NCBI GenBank assembly: GCA_046497275.1
Contig: JAWOFX010000019.1
Span: 30,001 to 62,000, forward strand
Length of the DNA: 32,000 nt
Origin: Promethearchaeia archaeon
GTDB taxonomy: Archaea > Asgardarchaeota > Lokiarchaeia > Sigyniarchaeales > SOKP01
Reading direction: 5' to 3'
The notes under the pieces: generated by a model
Seen by the model: only the letters and a program-made list of their open reading frames with translations
What the model was told of the DNA's origin: nothing
Databases searched by the model: none
Part shown: one piece after another, positions 9,133-17,261 of the stretch
Position numbering within the stretch: the first letter of the stretch is position 1
Layout: each line of letters starts with the position of its first letter
Translations under genes and position numbers: made by a program

Positions 9133-9366
9133 CTAATGATGATTGGAATAATATTTTTTTAATTTTATATCTTCGCTTCCATTTGGTAATATGTAATCGG
9201 GTGAGACATATCCTTCTTTTTCAAACCTTCTTTTTCTCACACAATTTTTACCTCCATTCCAACAATAATTTTCAACCCATTTTTTATCAATTAAACCTTG
9301 ATCATAAGCACGTTTTATTGCGGAAGTTTCATCATACCATCTGCAGATATTCTTATCTTTCTTCAT
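9133..9366 (-). CDS. Small Cys-containing hypothetical protein (77 aa)
   Basis: Start revised to ATG 9366 (MKKDKNICRWY...) because the upstream 24 codons are low-complexity AT-rich sequence. Pattern CRWY...W-x-ENYC-x6-C-x-R...PDYILPNGS. Confidence 0.65.
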   Translation of the reverse strand: MKKDKNICRWYDETSAIKRAYDQGLIDKKWVENYCWNGGKNCVRKRRFEKEGYVSPDYILPNGSEDIKLKKYYSNHH

Positions 9367-9473
9367 AGGAAAGTAAATATTCGATACTTTTATAAAATTC
9401 TTAATTATTTTTTTTAAAAAATCTATTTTAAAAATCAAAAATCTTTAAGAAACTCATATTATAGATTATTGAA

Positions 9474-10265
9474 ATGAATGAATTTAGCTTGAGATTTATA
9501 AATGATACTTCTCTAAAGGGGAAAGTAGTTCTTATTACTGGTGCTACTGGAGGTATTGGAGCTGCAATTAGTAAGAGATTTGCAGAATTAGGATCTTTTG
9601 TCTATATGTGTGATATCAAGGAAACGGTTGATTTAGCAAAAAAAATAAATAAAAATTTTGATGACCAAAGAGCGATCCCCGCACAATTTGACATCTCTGA
9701 TAAAAATAGGGTTGAAGAAATGTTTCAGAAAATAGAAAAGGAGAAGAAGAAATTAGATATTCTTATTAACAATGCTGCCATTCATGGAAGTGGTAACTTT
9801 CTGGAGATTTCCTACGAAAGCTTTTTGAGAACCATTATGATTGATCTCTCTGGTGCTATGTATTGTACCCTAAAAGCACTTCCCTATATGAAAAAAAATA
9901 AATGGGGGAGGATAATATTTACTGGAGCTCCTTTATCTTCTTCGGGTATTCCATGTCCTTATCTTGCGGGGAAATCTAGCTTTATTGGATTAGCGAAATA
10001 TATTTCCGAAAAATATAAAGAATATGATATCAGAACATTTACTTTAGTCTTACGACATTGCGATACTCCAATGATTAGAAAAGTCATGGAAGCAAGAGGT
10101 AAAGATATCAATAAAGCTATTAAAGAATTAAATAAAAAGTCTAAAACTGGAAAAATGATAACTCCAAAAGAAGTTGCTGAAATTTATGCTTATTTTTGTC
10201 TCGCTAAATCATCCAAAGTAAATGGTTTAACTCTTCTCTCAGACGGGGGGATAACCTATCTTTAA
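9474..10265 (+). CDS. Short-chain dehydrogenase/reductase (probably NAD-preferring)
   Basis: TGATGGIG Rossmann motif, acidic residue at the end of beta-2 (MCDIK), NNAA, catalytic YxxxK (YLAGK), C-terminal NGLTLLSDGG. Confidence 0.9.
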   Translation: MNEFSLRFINDTSLKGKVVLITGATGGIGAAISKRFAELGSFVYMCDIKETVDLAKKINKNFDDQRAIPAQFDISDKNRVEEMFQKIEKEKKKLDILINNAAIHGSGNFLEISYESFLRTIMIDLSGAMYCTLKALPYMKKNKWGRIIFTGAPLSSSGIPCPYLAGKSSFIGLAKYISEKYKEYDIRTFTLVLRHCDTPMIRKVMEARGKDINKAIKELNKKSKTGKMITPKEVAEIYAYFCLAKSSKVNGLTLLSDGGITYL

Positions 10266-10269
10266 AATA

Positions 10270-10276
10270 GAGGTGA
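10270..10276 (+). promoter_or_regulatory. Shine-Dalgarno GAGGTGA
   Basis: Perfect archaeal anti-SD match 5 nt after the SDR1 stop and 3-6 nt before in-frame ATT codons. Confidence 0.75.
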
Positions 10277-10279
10277 TAA

Positions 10280-10981
10280 ATTATTCAAAAAATTGATTAT
10301 AAAGGTAGAAATTGTATTATTTTCGCTATAAATAGCTTCGTTGGAAAGATAATTGGAAAATTTCTAACTCAGGAGAGAGCAAATTTAGGCTTAATAGATC
10401 TTAAAAAGTATGAGAAGAGACAAATCTCTAAGAATTTAATTAATAATAATAAGGTTATCTATAAAACAGTCGAATCCAGCAATCAATATCAGATAAATGA
10501 AGTAATTGAGAATTTATACAAAGAATTTGGAAATATTGATTATCTGATCTGTTCTTTCTATATAGAAGATATTAGATCTAATATTGAAGATGATGATTTA
10601 TCCTTAAAAACTTGGGAGTGTATATTTCAAGATTGGTTAATCAATTACTTTCTCATTTTAAAAGCTGTTGTTCCATTGATGATTAAAGCCAAAAAGGGAA
10701 AAATAATCTTTATCAATACAACGACTGGATATACAGGCGAAGGGGAGGGAGAAGGAAGGATAGATCTAAATGGATCTATTCATGAAAATGCGTGTTCAAG
10801 TGGAATCACAGGCATGCTAACTTCAATCGCAGCAGATATTATTCCTCAAGGAATATCTGTTAATGGAATCGCTCTCGGAAATGATTATGTGAATGATTCT
10901 GAGAGATTATTATGGGCTATTAATCTCTGGCTCTCGGGAATTGGGGACTATTCTTGTGGACAAATTCTTAGGTTGTATTAA
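10280..10981 (+). CDS. SDR-fold protein with degenerate catalytic and cofactor motifs (pseudo-SDR), 233 aa, probable ATT start
   Basis: The ORF track begins at TTG 10676, but the frame is open back to an in-frame TAA at 10277-10279 (checked codon by codon). The extension reads IIQKIDYKGRNCIIFAINSFVGKIIGKFL...LYKEFGNIDYLICS, an SDR N-terminal half. The C-half has GKIIFINT and SIAADIIPQGISVNGIALG. Confidence 0.8.
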   Translation: MIQKIDYKGRNCIIFAINSFVGKIIGKFLTQERANLGLIDLKKYEKRQISKNLINNNKVIYKTVESSNQYQINEVIENLYKEFGNIDYLICSFYIEDIRSNIEDDDLSLKTWECIFQDWLINYFLILKAVVPLMIKAKKGKIIFINTTTGYTGEGEGEGRIDLNGSIHENACSSGITGMLTSIAADIIPQGISVNGIALGNDYVNDSERLLWAINLWLSGIGDYSCGQILRLY

Positions 10982-11002
10982 TTTTTTTACCGTAAATTAA
11001 TA

Positions 11003-11683
11003 ATGTTTAAACAATTTTTTTCAATGGAGTTATTCTTTAATATGGAATTTTTAAGTAAGGAAGAAAGGATACAAATTTTAAAAGACTGGGATCTATACGA
11101 TTTATCATTAAACATTCAAATAGTCAAAATTTTTGAAAATGTAAGAGATATCCGTTTTGGAAGAATGGGCTCTAGAGACCCCTTAGATGTCTATAAAGCG
11201 AATAAAGGAACATGTTCGGGAAAGAACTTTTTATTGCGAGAATTATATAAAGGAATTGGATTAAAAACAAAGGATATGATTTGCATGCAGCGTTGGAAAG
11301 ATTTAATATGGTTTCCAACTGATAAATATAAATTAGTACAATTTCCTGAAGAATTAAAACAGATGTTAGAAGACCACGAAATTATCGACTTTCATAACTA
11401 TGTCAAAATATTTGTAAATGATATTTGGATCCAAGTTGATGTCACAATTGACAAATCTCTTAAAAAACTCGGTTTTTTTACTACAGAAGATTGGGATGGA
11501 TTATCTGATATGCCACTTTGTTTTTGCGGAACTGATAAAGTTTGGGATTGTGGAGATAATGGACGAAATAAGAAAAAAGAATTAGTTCGTCAACTTCCTG
11601 AGCACATTGAATTAGCGAGAAATCAATTTCTTGAAAAAATGACAAAATGGATTGATAAACTAAGACAAAATAATGAAATATAA
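11003..11683 (+). CDS. Transglutaminase-like (papain-fold) protein
   Basis: Cys-His-Asp triad in the expected order and context: GTCSGKNFLL, DFHNYVKI, WIQVDVT. Alternative start ATG 11042. Confidence 0.65.
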   Translation: MFKQFFSMELFFNMEFLSKEERIQILKDWDLYDLSLNIQIVKIFENVRDIRFGRMGSRDPLDVYKANKGTCSGKNFLLRELYKGIGLKTKDMICMQRWKDLIWFPTDKYKLVQFPEELKQMLEDHEIIDFHNYVKIFVNDIWIQVDVTIDKSLKKLGFFTTEDWDGLSDMPLCFCGTDKVWDCGDNGRNKKKELVRQLPEHIELARNQFLEKMTKWIDKLRQNNEI

Positions 11684-11709
11684 CTCCTATCTATTTCAAA
11701 TCAAGATTC

Positions 11710-12768
11710 TTATTTTTTTGAACCCATAAACTGATCTAAAGAAACTTGCTGGGAAGAATCATCTAATTTCTTTAATCTTTCTAACGCATTTTCAACACGA
11801 GTTTTAGAAAAGTTATGAAATTCAACTAGTAATTCATTTATTTTGTCATATTGAATTTTCTCCCATTTTAAATCCTGATAATCTTCATTCACTCTCGGGT
11901 TTAGAAATATTTCTTTTATTTGCCCAACAAGTTCTAAATTTAAGTCAATTTTCTTTCCAGCCGCTTCAATTTCATTTTTGACCATGTTTTCTATACTTCT
12001 GTATTCTTTTATTAAATTTAAAGCCGTGTGTTGGCCTATTCCCTTAATTCCCGGATAAAAATCTGTGCCAATTAAAATACCCATCTCAATTAATTGCTCC
12101 CTTGAAATCTCATATTTTTCCAACATATTTTTTAGAGAAACATATTCAATATCCAGAGTCACTGTAGTGTTTTTAACCTTTTTACTCCTACTAACTGCAA
12201 AATTTCTTACTAACCGTTTTCCTCCGAATAGAAGAGTATCATAATCTTGAGATGCACAAGCCCAAACATCTCCATTTTGTACCATATAAGCCGATTGAGC
12301 TTCACCTTCCGAAGCTGCTTGTACAACGGGTATACCCATATAATTAATTAATTTTTTACTCTCTTCAATCATATCGGAATCAAGTTTAGAAGTCATTTGG
12401 GCAAATTTCTTAGCTTCTGTAAGATCTCCCTTTTCTTGAGCTTCAATCATTTTTACTTTTGCTTCTTCTTTAACTTGTCGACGTTCTTTAATTGTCTCTG
12501 ATTTAAGTTCTGATGGCTCTCCATCAAATACATATATTGGTTTTATATTATGTTCGATAAAATTAATTGTTCTATAAAATAAACCGGATAAATGGGAAGT
12601 AATATTGCCTTCATAATCTTTTAAAGGTGTTCCATCACGTTGCCTAATAATAGCTAAAAATTGGTATATCGTATTAAAAGCATCTATTGCGATTCGTTTT
12701 TGAAAAAGGTTTTCAAAAGTTATGGATCTTTTAACTTCTTTTACTAATTCATTTATTTTTACTCCCAT
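11710..12768 (-). CDS. fen: Flap endonuclease 1
   Basis: MGV start, IAIDAFN-x2-YQFL-x2-IRQ-x-DGTPL, VFDG, SEGEAQ, SQDYDTLLFG, GTDFYPGIKGIG (helix-hairpin-helix), C-terminal PIP box QVSLDQFM. Confidence 0.97.
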   Translation of the reverse strand: MGVKINELVKEVKRSITFENLFQKRIAIDAFNTIYQFLAIIRQRDGTPLKDYEGNITSHLSGLFYRTINFIEHNIKPIYVFDGEPSELKSETIKERRQVKEEAKVKMIEAQEKGDLTEAKKFAQMTSKLDSDMIEESKKLINYMGIPVVQAASEGEAQSAYMVQNGDVWACASQDYDTLLFGGKRLVRNFAVSRSKKVKNTTVTLDIEYVSLKNMLEKYEISREQLIEMGILIGTDFYPGIKGIGQHTALNLIKEYRSIENMVKNEIEAAGKKIDLNLELVGQIKEIFLNPRVNEDYQDLKWEKIQYDKINELLVEFHNFSKTRVENALERLKKLDDSSQQVSLDQFMGSKK

Positions 12769-12793
12769 AATATATCATATCAATCTTATTCAA

Positions 12794-12801
12794 TATATAA
12801 A
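12794..12801 (-). promoter_or_regulatory. TATA box (TTTATATA) for fen1, implying a near-leaderless transcript
   Basis: Consensus TATA 26-33 nt upstream of the ATG at 12768; no SD visible. Confidence 0.5.
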
Positions 12802-12828
12802 TTTAATAAATACTATTTATTTCCAAAT

Positions 12829-13404
12829 TCAATCCTTTTTACTTTTCTTAGGGCGTCGTTTAAGTTTCGACCCACATCTCTCACATTTTTTCCCTAAGTC
12901 TTCAGACGGGTGGATTTCCCGGCAATAAGGACAATAAATCTCATAATTTCTCTTCTTTTTTATACCATCTTTTGCTATAGGAGAATATCGAAGATTTAAT
13001 TCAGAACAGACATTCTCCATTGAATAATCATTAGTATAAAGAACAACTTTCTTCCCTTTTGTTCTTTCAAGCTCTAAAGTTAATGCAATCAAATTTAAAT
13101 CTGTTTCTGACAAAACATTTAAATCTCCTGTTTTTTGTCCTACTTGTCTTACCTCTTCAATATATTTTTTTTCTGGATTCATCAAAATAAGTTTTCTAGA
13201 GCTTAGAGCGTATTCTATTCTATTTAAAATATTCCTATTTTTTTCAAGATACCTCTCAACTCTAATCTCATCTAAAATTCCTGGAACAGTATATAATTGC
13301 CCATTAATCATATTAAAATCGATTCCTAAAAGAAAAATATTAGTATCTAATACAATGATTTTATCTTCATTATTATTTAAGGCATTACTCTTCTGGGCTG
13401 TCAT
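12829..13404 (-). CDS. nob1: Nob1-family PIN endonuclease with zinc ribbon (pre-rRNA processing)
   Basis: VLDTNIFL, ILDEI, LSETDLNLIAL, TNDYSMENV, then CPYC...CERCG. Confidence 0.9.
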   Translation of the reverse strand: MTAQKSNALNNNEDKIIVLDTNIFLLGIDFNMINGQLYTVPGILDEIRVERYLEKNRNILNRIEYALSSRKLILMNPEKKYIEEVRQVGQKTGDLNVLSETDLNLIALTLELERTKGKKVVLYTNDYSMENVCSELNLRYSPIAKDGIKKKRNYEIYCPYCREIHPSEDLGKKCERCGSKLKRRPKKSKKD

Positions 13405-14299
13405 CTAGAGGAACTCTTAATTGTCCTATTATCTTTTTTTTAAGGCGTTTAAAATAATTTGTATAGAGATTTTTTGAAAGTCTAATAAATTTTGCACGTG
13501 AATTGGCTTTTTTAATTATTATTTTAGTTTTTGGTTGGACTTGTTTAATTATCACTTGTCCATCGATCACGATTCTGGCGTTTAAACGTGGGCGTAATAA
13601 TGTTATTTCTACTTCACTTTCAATTGGAACAACAATAGGTTTTAATCCAGAACGAGCATATGGATTTAAAGAAGTGATTTGCATAATATCAAGTTCAGGG
13701 TATATTATAGAACCTCCAGCGCTTAAATTATATGCTGTGGAACCTGTAGCAGTTGAAATTATTATTCCATCTAAATAGCTTCTATTCAAAAATACTCCAT
13801 TAATTTTCACCGAAACTTGTAATACTTTTGAGTTTTTTGAAGAAACAATCAAGATTTCATTTAAAGCATTGCTAAGTCTAATTGGTTCTGAATTTTTTCT
13901 AATCAAATATGGGGTTATTTTAGATAGACTTTCAATAACATAATTACCTTCTAAGATTTTATCCAAATCATTATACACTTTTCTATTATTGGTCTCGTCC
14001 AAAAATCCAATGGATCCAATATTAACTCCTAAAATAGGAGGGGGATCTCTCTGATTTAATCCATTAACTACTCTAAGAAGTGTTCCATCACCACCAACAC
14101 TAATTAGGAACCTTATATTATCAGCTTTCATTTCCTTTAAATCCATAGCATTATGTGCCAATATTTTTGGAGCTATTCGTGTTTCTAAAACCACATCTTC
14201 TCCTTTTTCTTTCATTAAATAATTGAATAACTCTTTAATTAGGTTTATGGCTTTATCAGAATCCATCCGACAAGCTAAGGCAATTGGTTTTTCCTTCAT
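13385..14299 (-). CDS. nadK: NAD kinase
   Basis: GGDGT, G-x-N-x-G-x-x-GFL, NE motif (LNEI), DGIIISTATGSTAYNLSAGG. Overlaps the nob1 start by 20 nt. Confidence 0.93.
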   Translation of the reverse strand: MKEKPIALACRMDSDKAINLIKELFNYLMKEKGEDVVLETRIAPKILAHNAMDLKEMKADNIRFLISVGGDGTLLRVVNGLNQRDPPPILGVNIGSIGFLDETNNRKVYNDLDKILEGNYVIESLSKITPYLIRKNSEPIRLSNALNEILIVSSKNSKVLQVSVKINGVFLNRSYLDGIIISTATGSTAYNLSAGGSIIYPELDIMQITSLNPYARSGLKPIVVPIESEVEITLLRPRLNARIVIDGQVIIKQVQPKTKIIIKKANSRAKFIRLSKNLYTNYFKRLKKKIIGQLRVPLDDSPEE

Positions 14300-14402
14300 A
14301 AAAAAATTAATGAATTGATGTTTAATTGCTTTTTAAAAATATTTCATTTTAAATAAAAATAAAGATTATGGTTTCATTAAAAAGAATGGGAGGTAAATTT
14401 TT

Positions 14403-14834
14403 TTATTTATTGAGTAAGACGCGGTTTATTAATGTTTTACCAGCCAATTGCCAGTATTCAACTTGAGATTTTGACATTTCAGCTGGATTATTTTTTAGTT
14501 CTTCCAGTTTCTTCCTCATTTCTGGGTCTTTTGGCCATTTCACATCGAAAGATTCATAAGTTTCTAAGTCCATGATATTAATTGTATTTTCCTCTATAAA
14601 ATTAATCTGAGCATTTCCCTTATTGATTTCGGGAACATCTACTAAACTGCCCGATGGAAAGGTCAATGAACGCTTATTATCATCAAATATTCCAACACAT
14701 ACCACTCTCACTTTTGCATGTCCATGTTTACCCGATTTACTTCGCTCAGTACTCTTTATAACACAAGGCTCATTCTCAATCATTATATAATTTCCGTCCT
14801 TTAATTTCTGAATTTCCTCTCTACGGATTGACAT
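14403..14834 (-). CDS. eif5a: Translation factor aIF-5A/eIF-5A
   Basis: Hypusine loop KSGKHGHAKVRV, KOW/SH3 plus OB layout, QIMD-like INIMDLETYE; SD AGGTG upstream. Confidence 0.95.
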   Translation of the reverse strand: MSIRREEIQKLKDGNYIMIENEPCVIKSTERSKSGKHGHAKVRVVCVGIFDDNKRSLTFPSGSLVDVPEINKGNAQINFIEENTINIMDLETYESFDVKWPKDPEMRKKLEELKNNPAEMSKSQVEYWQLAGKTLINRVLLNK

Positions 14835-15207
14835 TTTTTAACACCTATAATAACCTATAAAAATCAAAAATTAGTTTGATGTTTTAAATAATATTATAAA
14901 AGGTTTCCAAAAAAGTTTTGTTTTAGAATTTTTATCTATTCTCTAGAAACAGATCTATTAAAATTTCATTAAAAATTACTCTCTTTACAATTTTAAATAT
15001 TTGATCAATAAATAATAGAGAGATAGCTCTATTTTTGCGATAGATCTAAAAAAAGGTAAATTTTCATTATATTAGACACTATTAGATTATCTACTAAAAT
15101 TTAATAGTTCAATAACCTTATTCCATAATTAAGCTTTTTTGATTTTCTTAATTTATCATATTAGAGATCAAATAAATAAATCTAAATAATAAAAATATTG
15201 TATCAAA

Positions 15208-16578
15208 ATGGTTTTAGAAAACTTAGGACGTAGCCTCGATAATGCGATTCGTAGAATTAGGCGTCTTCCAAAAGTAGATAAGGATGCGATAAATGCATTG
15301 ATTCAAGATTTACAAAGAGCTTTATTGAGTGCAGATGTCAAAGTAGAGCTAGTTTTTGAAATGACTGAAAATATAAAGAAAGAAGCTATGAATACAGATC
15401 TTAGAAAAGCCAGACGAAAGGATTTTGTTATTAAGCTTGTACATGATGAGCTTATAAAAATCCTCGGAGGAAAGCCGGCACCTATCAGAATAAAGCCCGG
15501 AAAGAAAAATGTTATTCTATTGGTTGGGATTCAAGGTTCTGGTAAAACAACTACTGTAGCTAAATTAGCAAGATTCTATAAAACAAAAGGATTCAGAGTG
15601 GCGGCTTTAACGACAGATACTTGGAGACCTGGGGCATATGAACAACTTGATCAACTTACTAATCAAATTGGAGTTAAATGCTTTGGCGATCCTCAAGAAA
15701 AAAATGCATTGAAGATCGCAGTAAAAGAAACTAAAAGAGCTTTAAATCAAGGATATGATCTTCTCATAGTAGATACTGCTGGACGTCATAAGAAAGAGAA
15801 GGAATTGATGGAGGAGATGCAAAAAATACAGAAAGTTCTTAAACCAAATGAGGTGATTTTGGTTATTGATGGCACACTAGGGCAACAAGCTTATTCACAA
15901 GCAGAAGAATTCTCTAAATCTACAGAACTGGGAAGCATTATCATCACAAAATTGGATGGAACTGCAAAAGGTGGAGGAGCACTATCAGCATGTGCGGCTA
16001 CGAATGTACCTATAAGATTTATCGGAACTGGAGAGAAAATTGATGAATTTCAGCTTTTTGATCCAACTAATTTTGTTGGAACGTTATTAGGTGTCCCTAA
16101 TATTGAAGGACTTATTGAAAAAGTTCAAGAGGCTGAAGCGGTACCAGATCCCGAGGCAATGAAACGGATGATGCAAGGAAAATTTACTCTAGATGATCTG
16201 TATAACCAATTAAAAAATCTGAAAAAAGTTGGGCAATTTAAACAAATTCTCTCGATGATGGGGGGTGGAAATATTCCTGATGCTTTAAAAGAAGACGCTG
16301 AAAAAAATATTGAAAAATGGGAAGTTGTGCTAAATTCTATGAGTAAATATGAAAAGGAGAATCCAAAAATCATCAAAAAATCGAGAAAGAGAAGGATAGC
16401 CATTGGCTCTGGAACTGATTATTCTGTGATAAATAGAATGTTAGACCAGTATAACCAAATGAAAAAGATTATGAAACAGGTAACCCAATTACGTAAAGGA
16501 AAAGGTGCGGGGATGCCGGGTATGAATAAGCAAATGCAAAATATGATGAAAAAATTTGGTAAAGATTTTAAAATGTAA
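15208..16578 (+). CDS. srp54: Signal recognition particle 54-kDa protein
   Basis: ALLSADV, GIQGSGKTTT (G1), DTWRPGA, DTAGR (G3), TKLD (G4), GGGALS, FIGTGE, M domain with SRKRRIAIGSG and Met-rich tail. Confidence 0.97.
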   Translation: MVLENLGRSLDNAIRRIRRLPKVDKDAINALIQDLQRALLSADVKVELVFEMTENIKKEAMNTDLRKARRKDFVIKLVHDELIKILGGKPAPIRIKPGKKNVILLVGIQGSGKTTTVAKLARFYKTKGFRVAALTTDTWRPGAYEQLDQLTNQIGVKCFGDPQEKNALKIAVKETKRALNQGYDLLIVDTAGRHKKEKELMEEMQKIQKVLKPNEVILVIDGTLGQQAYSQAEEFSKSTELGSIIITKLDGTAKGGGALSACAATNVPIRFIGTGEKIDEFQLFDPTNFVGTLLGVPNIEGLIEKVQEAEAVPDPEAMKRMMQGKFTLDDLYNQLKNLKKVGQFKQILSMMGGGNIPDALKEDAEKNIEKWEVVLNSMSKYEKENPKIIKKSRKRRIAIGSGTDYSVINRMLDQYNQMKKIMKQVTQLRKGKGAGMPGMNKQMQNMMKKFGKDFKM

Positions 16579-16604
16579 TTAAATCATAAATTTCCCTGAT
16601 AAAA

Positions 16605-17261
16605 TTGGTAAATTTTCTTCTTTTAAGCAAAAGAATTGTAAATTTTGATAAAAATGTTATTGACCAAGGAAATACGCCACCAAAGATTTATAAAATTTGC
16701 TCCTGTATCCGAGATACCTTTTGTCTTTCTTATTCGATAAGAAAAAATAATAATCTGTATCTATATTTTGTTGAAAATCATTATGCTATTAAATTAATTG
16801 GTTCTGAATTGCGCTATCTAGGGTCTGATGAACGATCTCAAGCTTTGTTGTTAAATAAAGCAATTAATTTATTACAAAAAAGGCATGAAGATGATTGGAT
16901 CGCCTCTACACCTGGGATCTTTGTTAAATATTATAGAAATCCAAAAAGATTGTTAGATGAATTAACCCCAGATAAATTTAAAGAAATCGTATGGATTATT
17001 GATTCAAAGGATTCCCAAAAATTTAGAAAAATCTCAACTTTAGATAAATTATACAAACAATCGAAAATAAATAACTCACTATTTATTATTACACTTTTTA
17101 AATTAGAAGAAGATTTTCCATTCTTAATAAAATGGAGAAATTCGACCACGAAAATGAGATTAACCTTCACAAATCAAGAGAAATGGAAAAAACCGCAAGA
17201 TAAAATCTTATATTTTAATTTCTATTTAGATTTATTAGAGGAGAGTGATAATTTACGATGA
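16605..17261 (+). CDS. TrmY-like SPOUT protein (tRNA m1-psi54 methyltransferase homologue) with degenerate SAM-binding region
   Basis: TrmY hallmarks C-x-C-x3-F-x-LS-x2-IR, IGSELRYLGSDERS, DWIASTPGIFV. The expected F-I-I-G-D-H-x-G loop reads FIITLFKL. TTG start. Confidence 0.7.
   Translation: MVNFLLLSKRIVNFDKNVIDQGNTPPKIYKICSCIRDTFCLSYSIRKNNNLYLYFVENHYAIKLIGSELRYLGSDERSQALLLNKAINLLQKRHEDDWIASTPGIFVKYYRNPKRLLDELTPDKFKEIVWIIDSKDSQKFRKISTLDKLYKQSKINNSLFIITLFKLEEDFPFLIKWRNSTTKMRLTFTNQEKWKKPQDKILYFNFYLDLLEESDNLR

Noticed and set aside
14835-15207. Possible replication origin or SRP RNA in the long spacer.
   Set aside because: No ORB-like G-string repeats, no adjacent orc1/cdc6, and no GC-rich stems.
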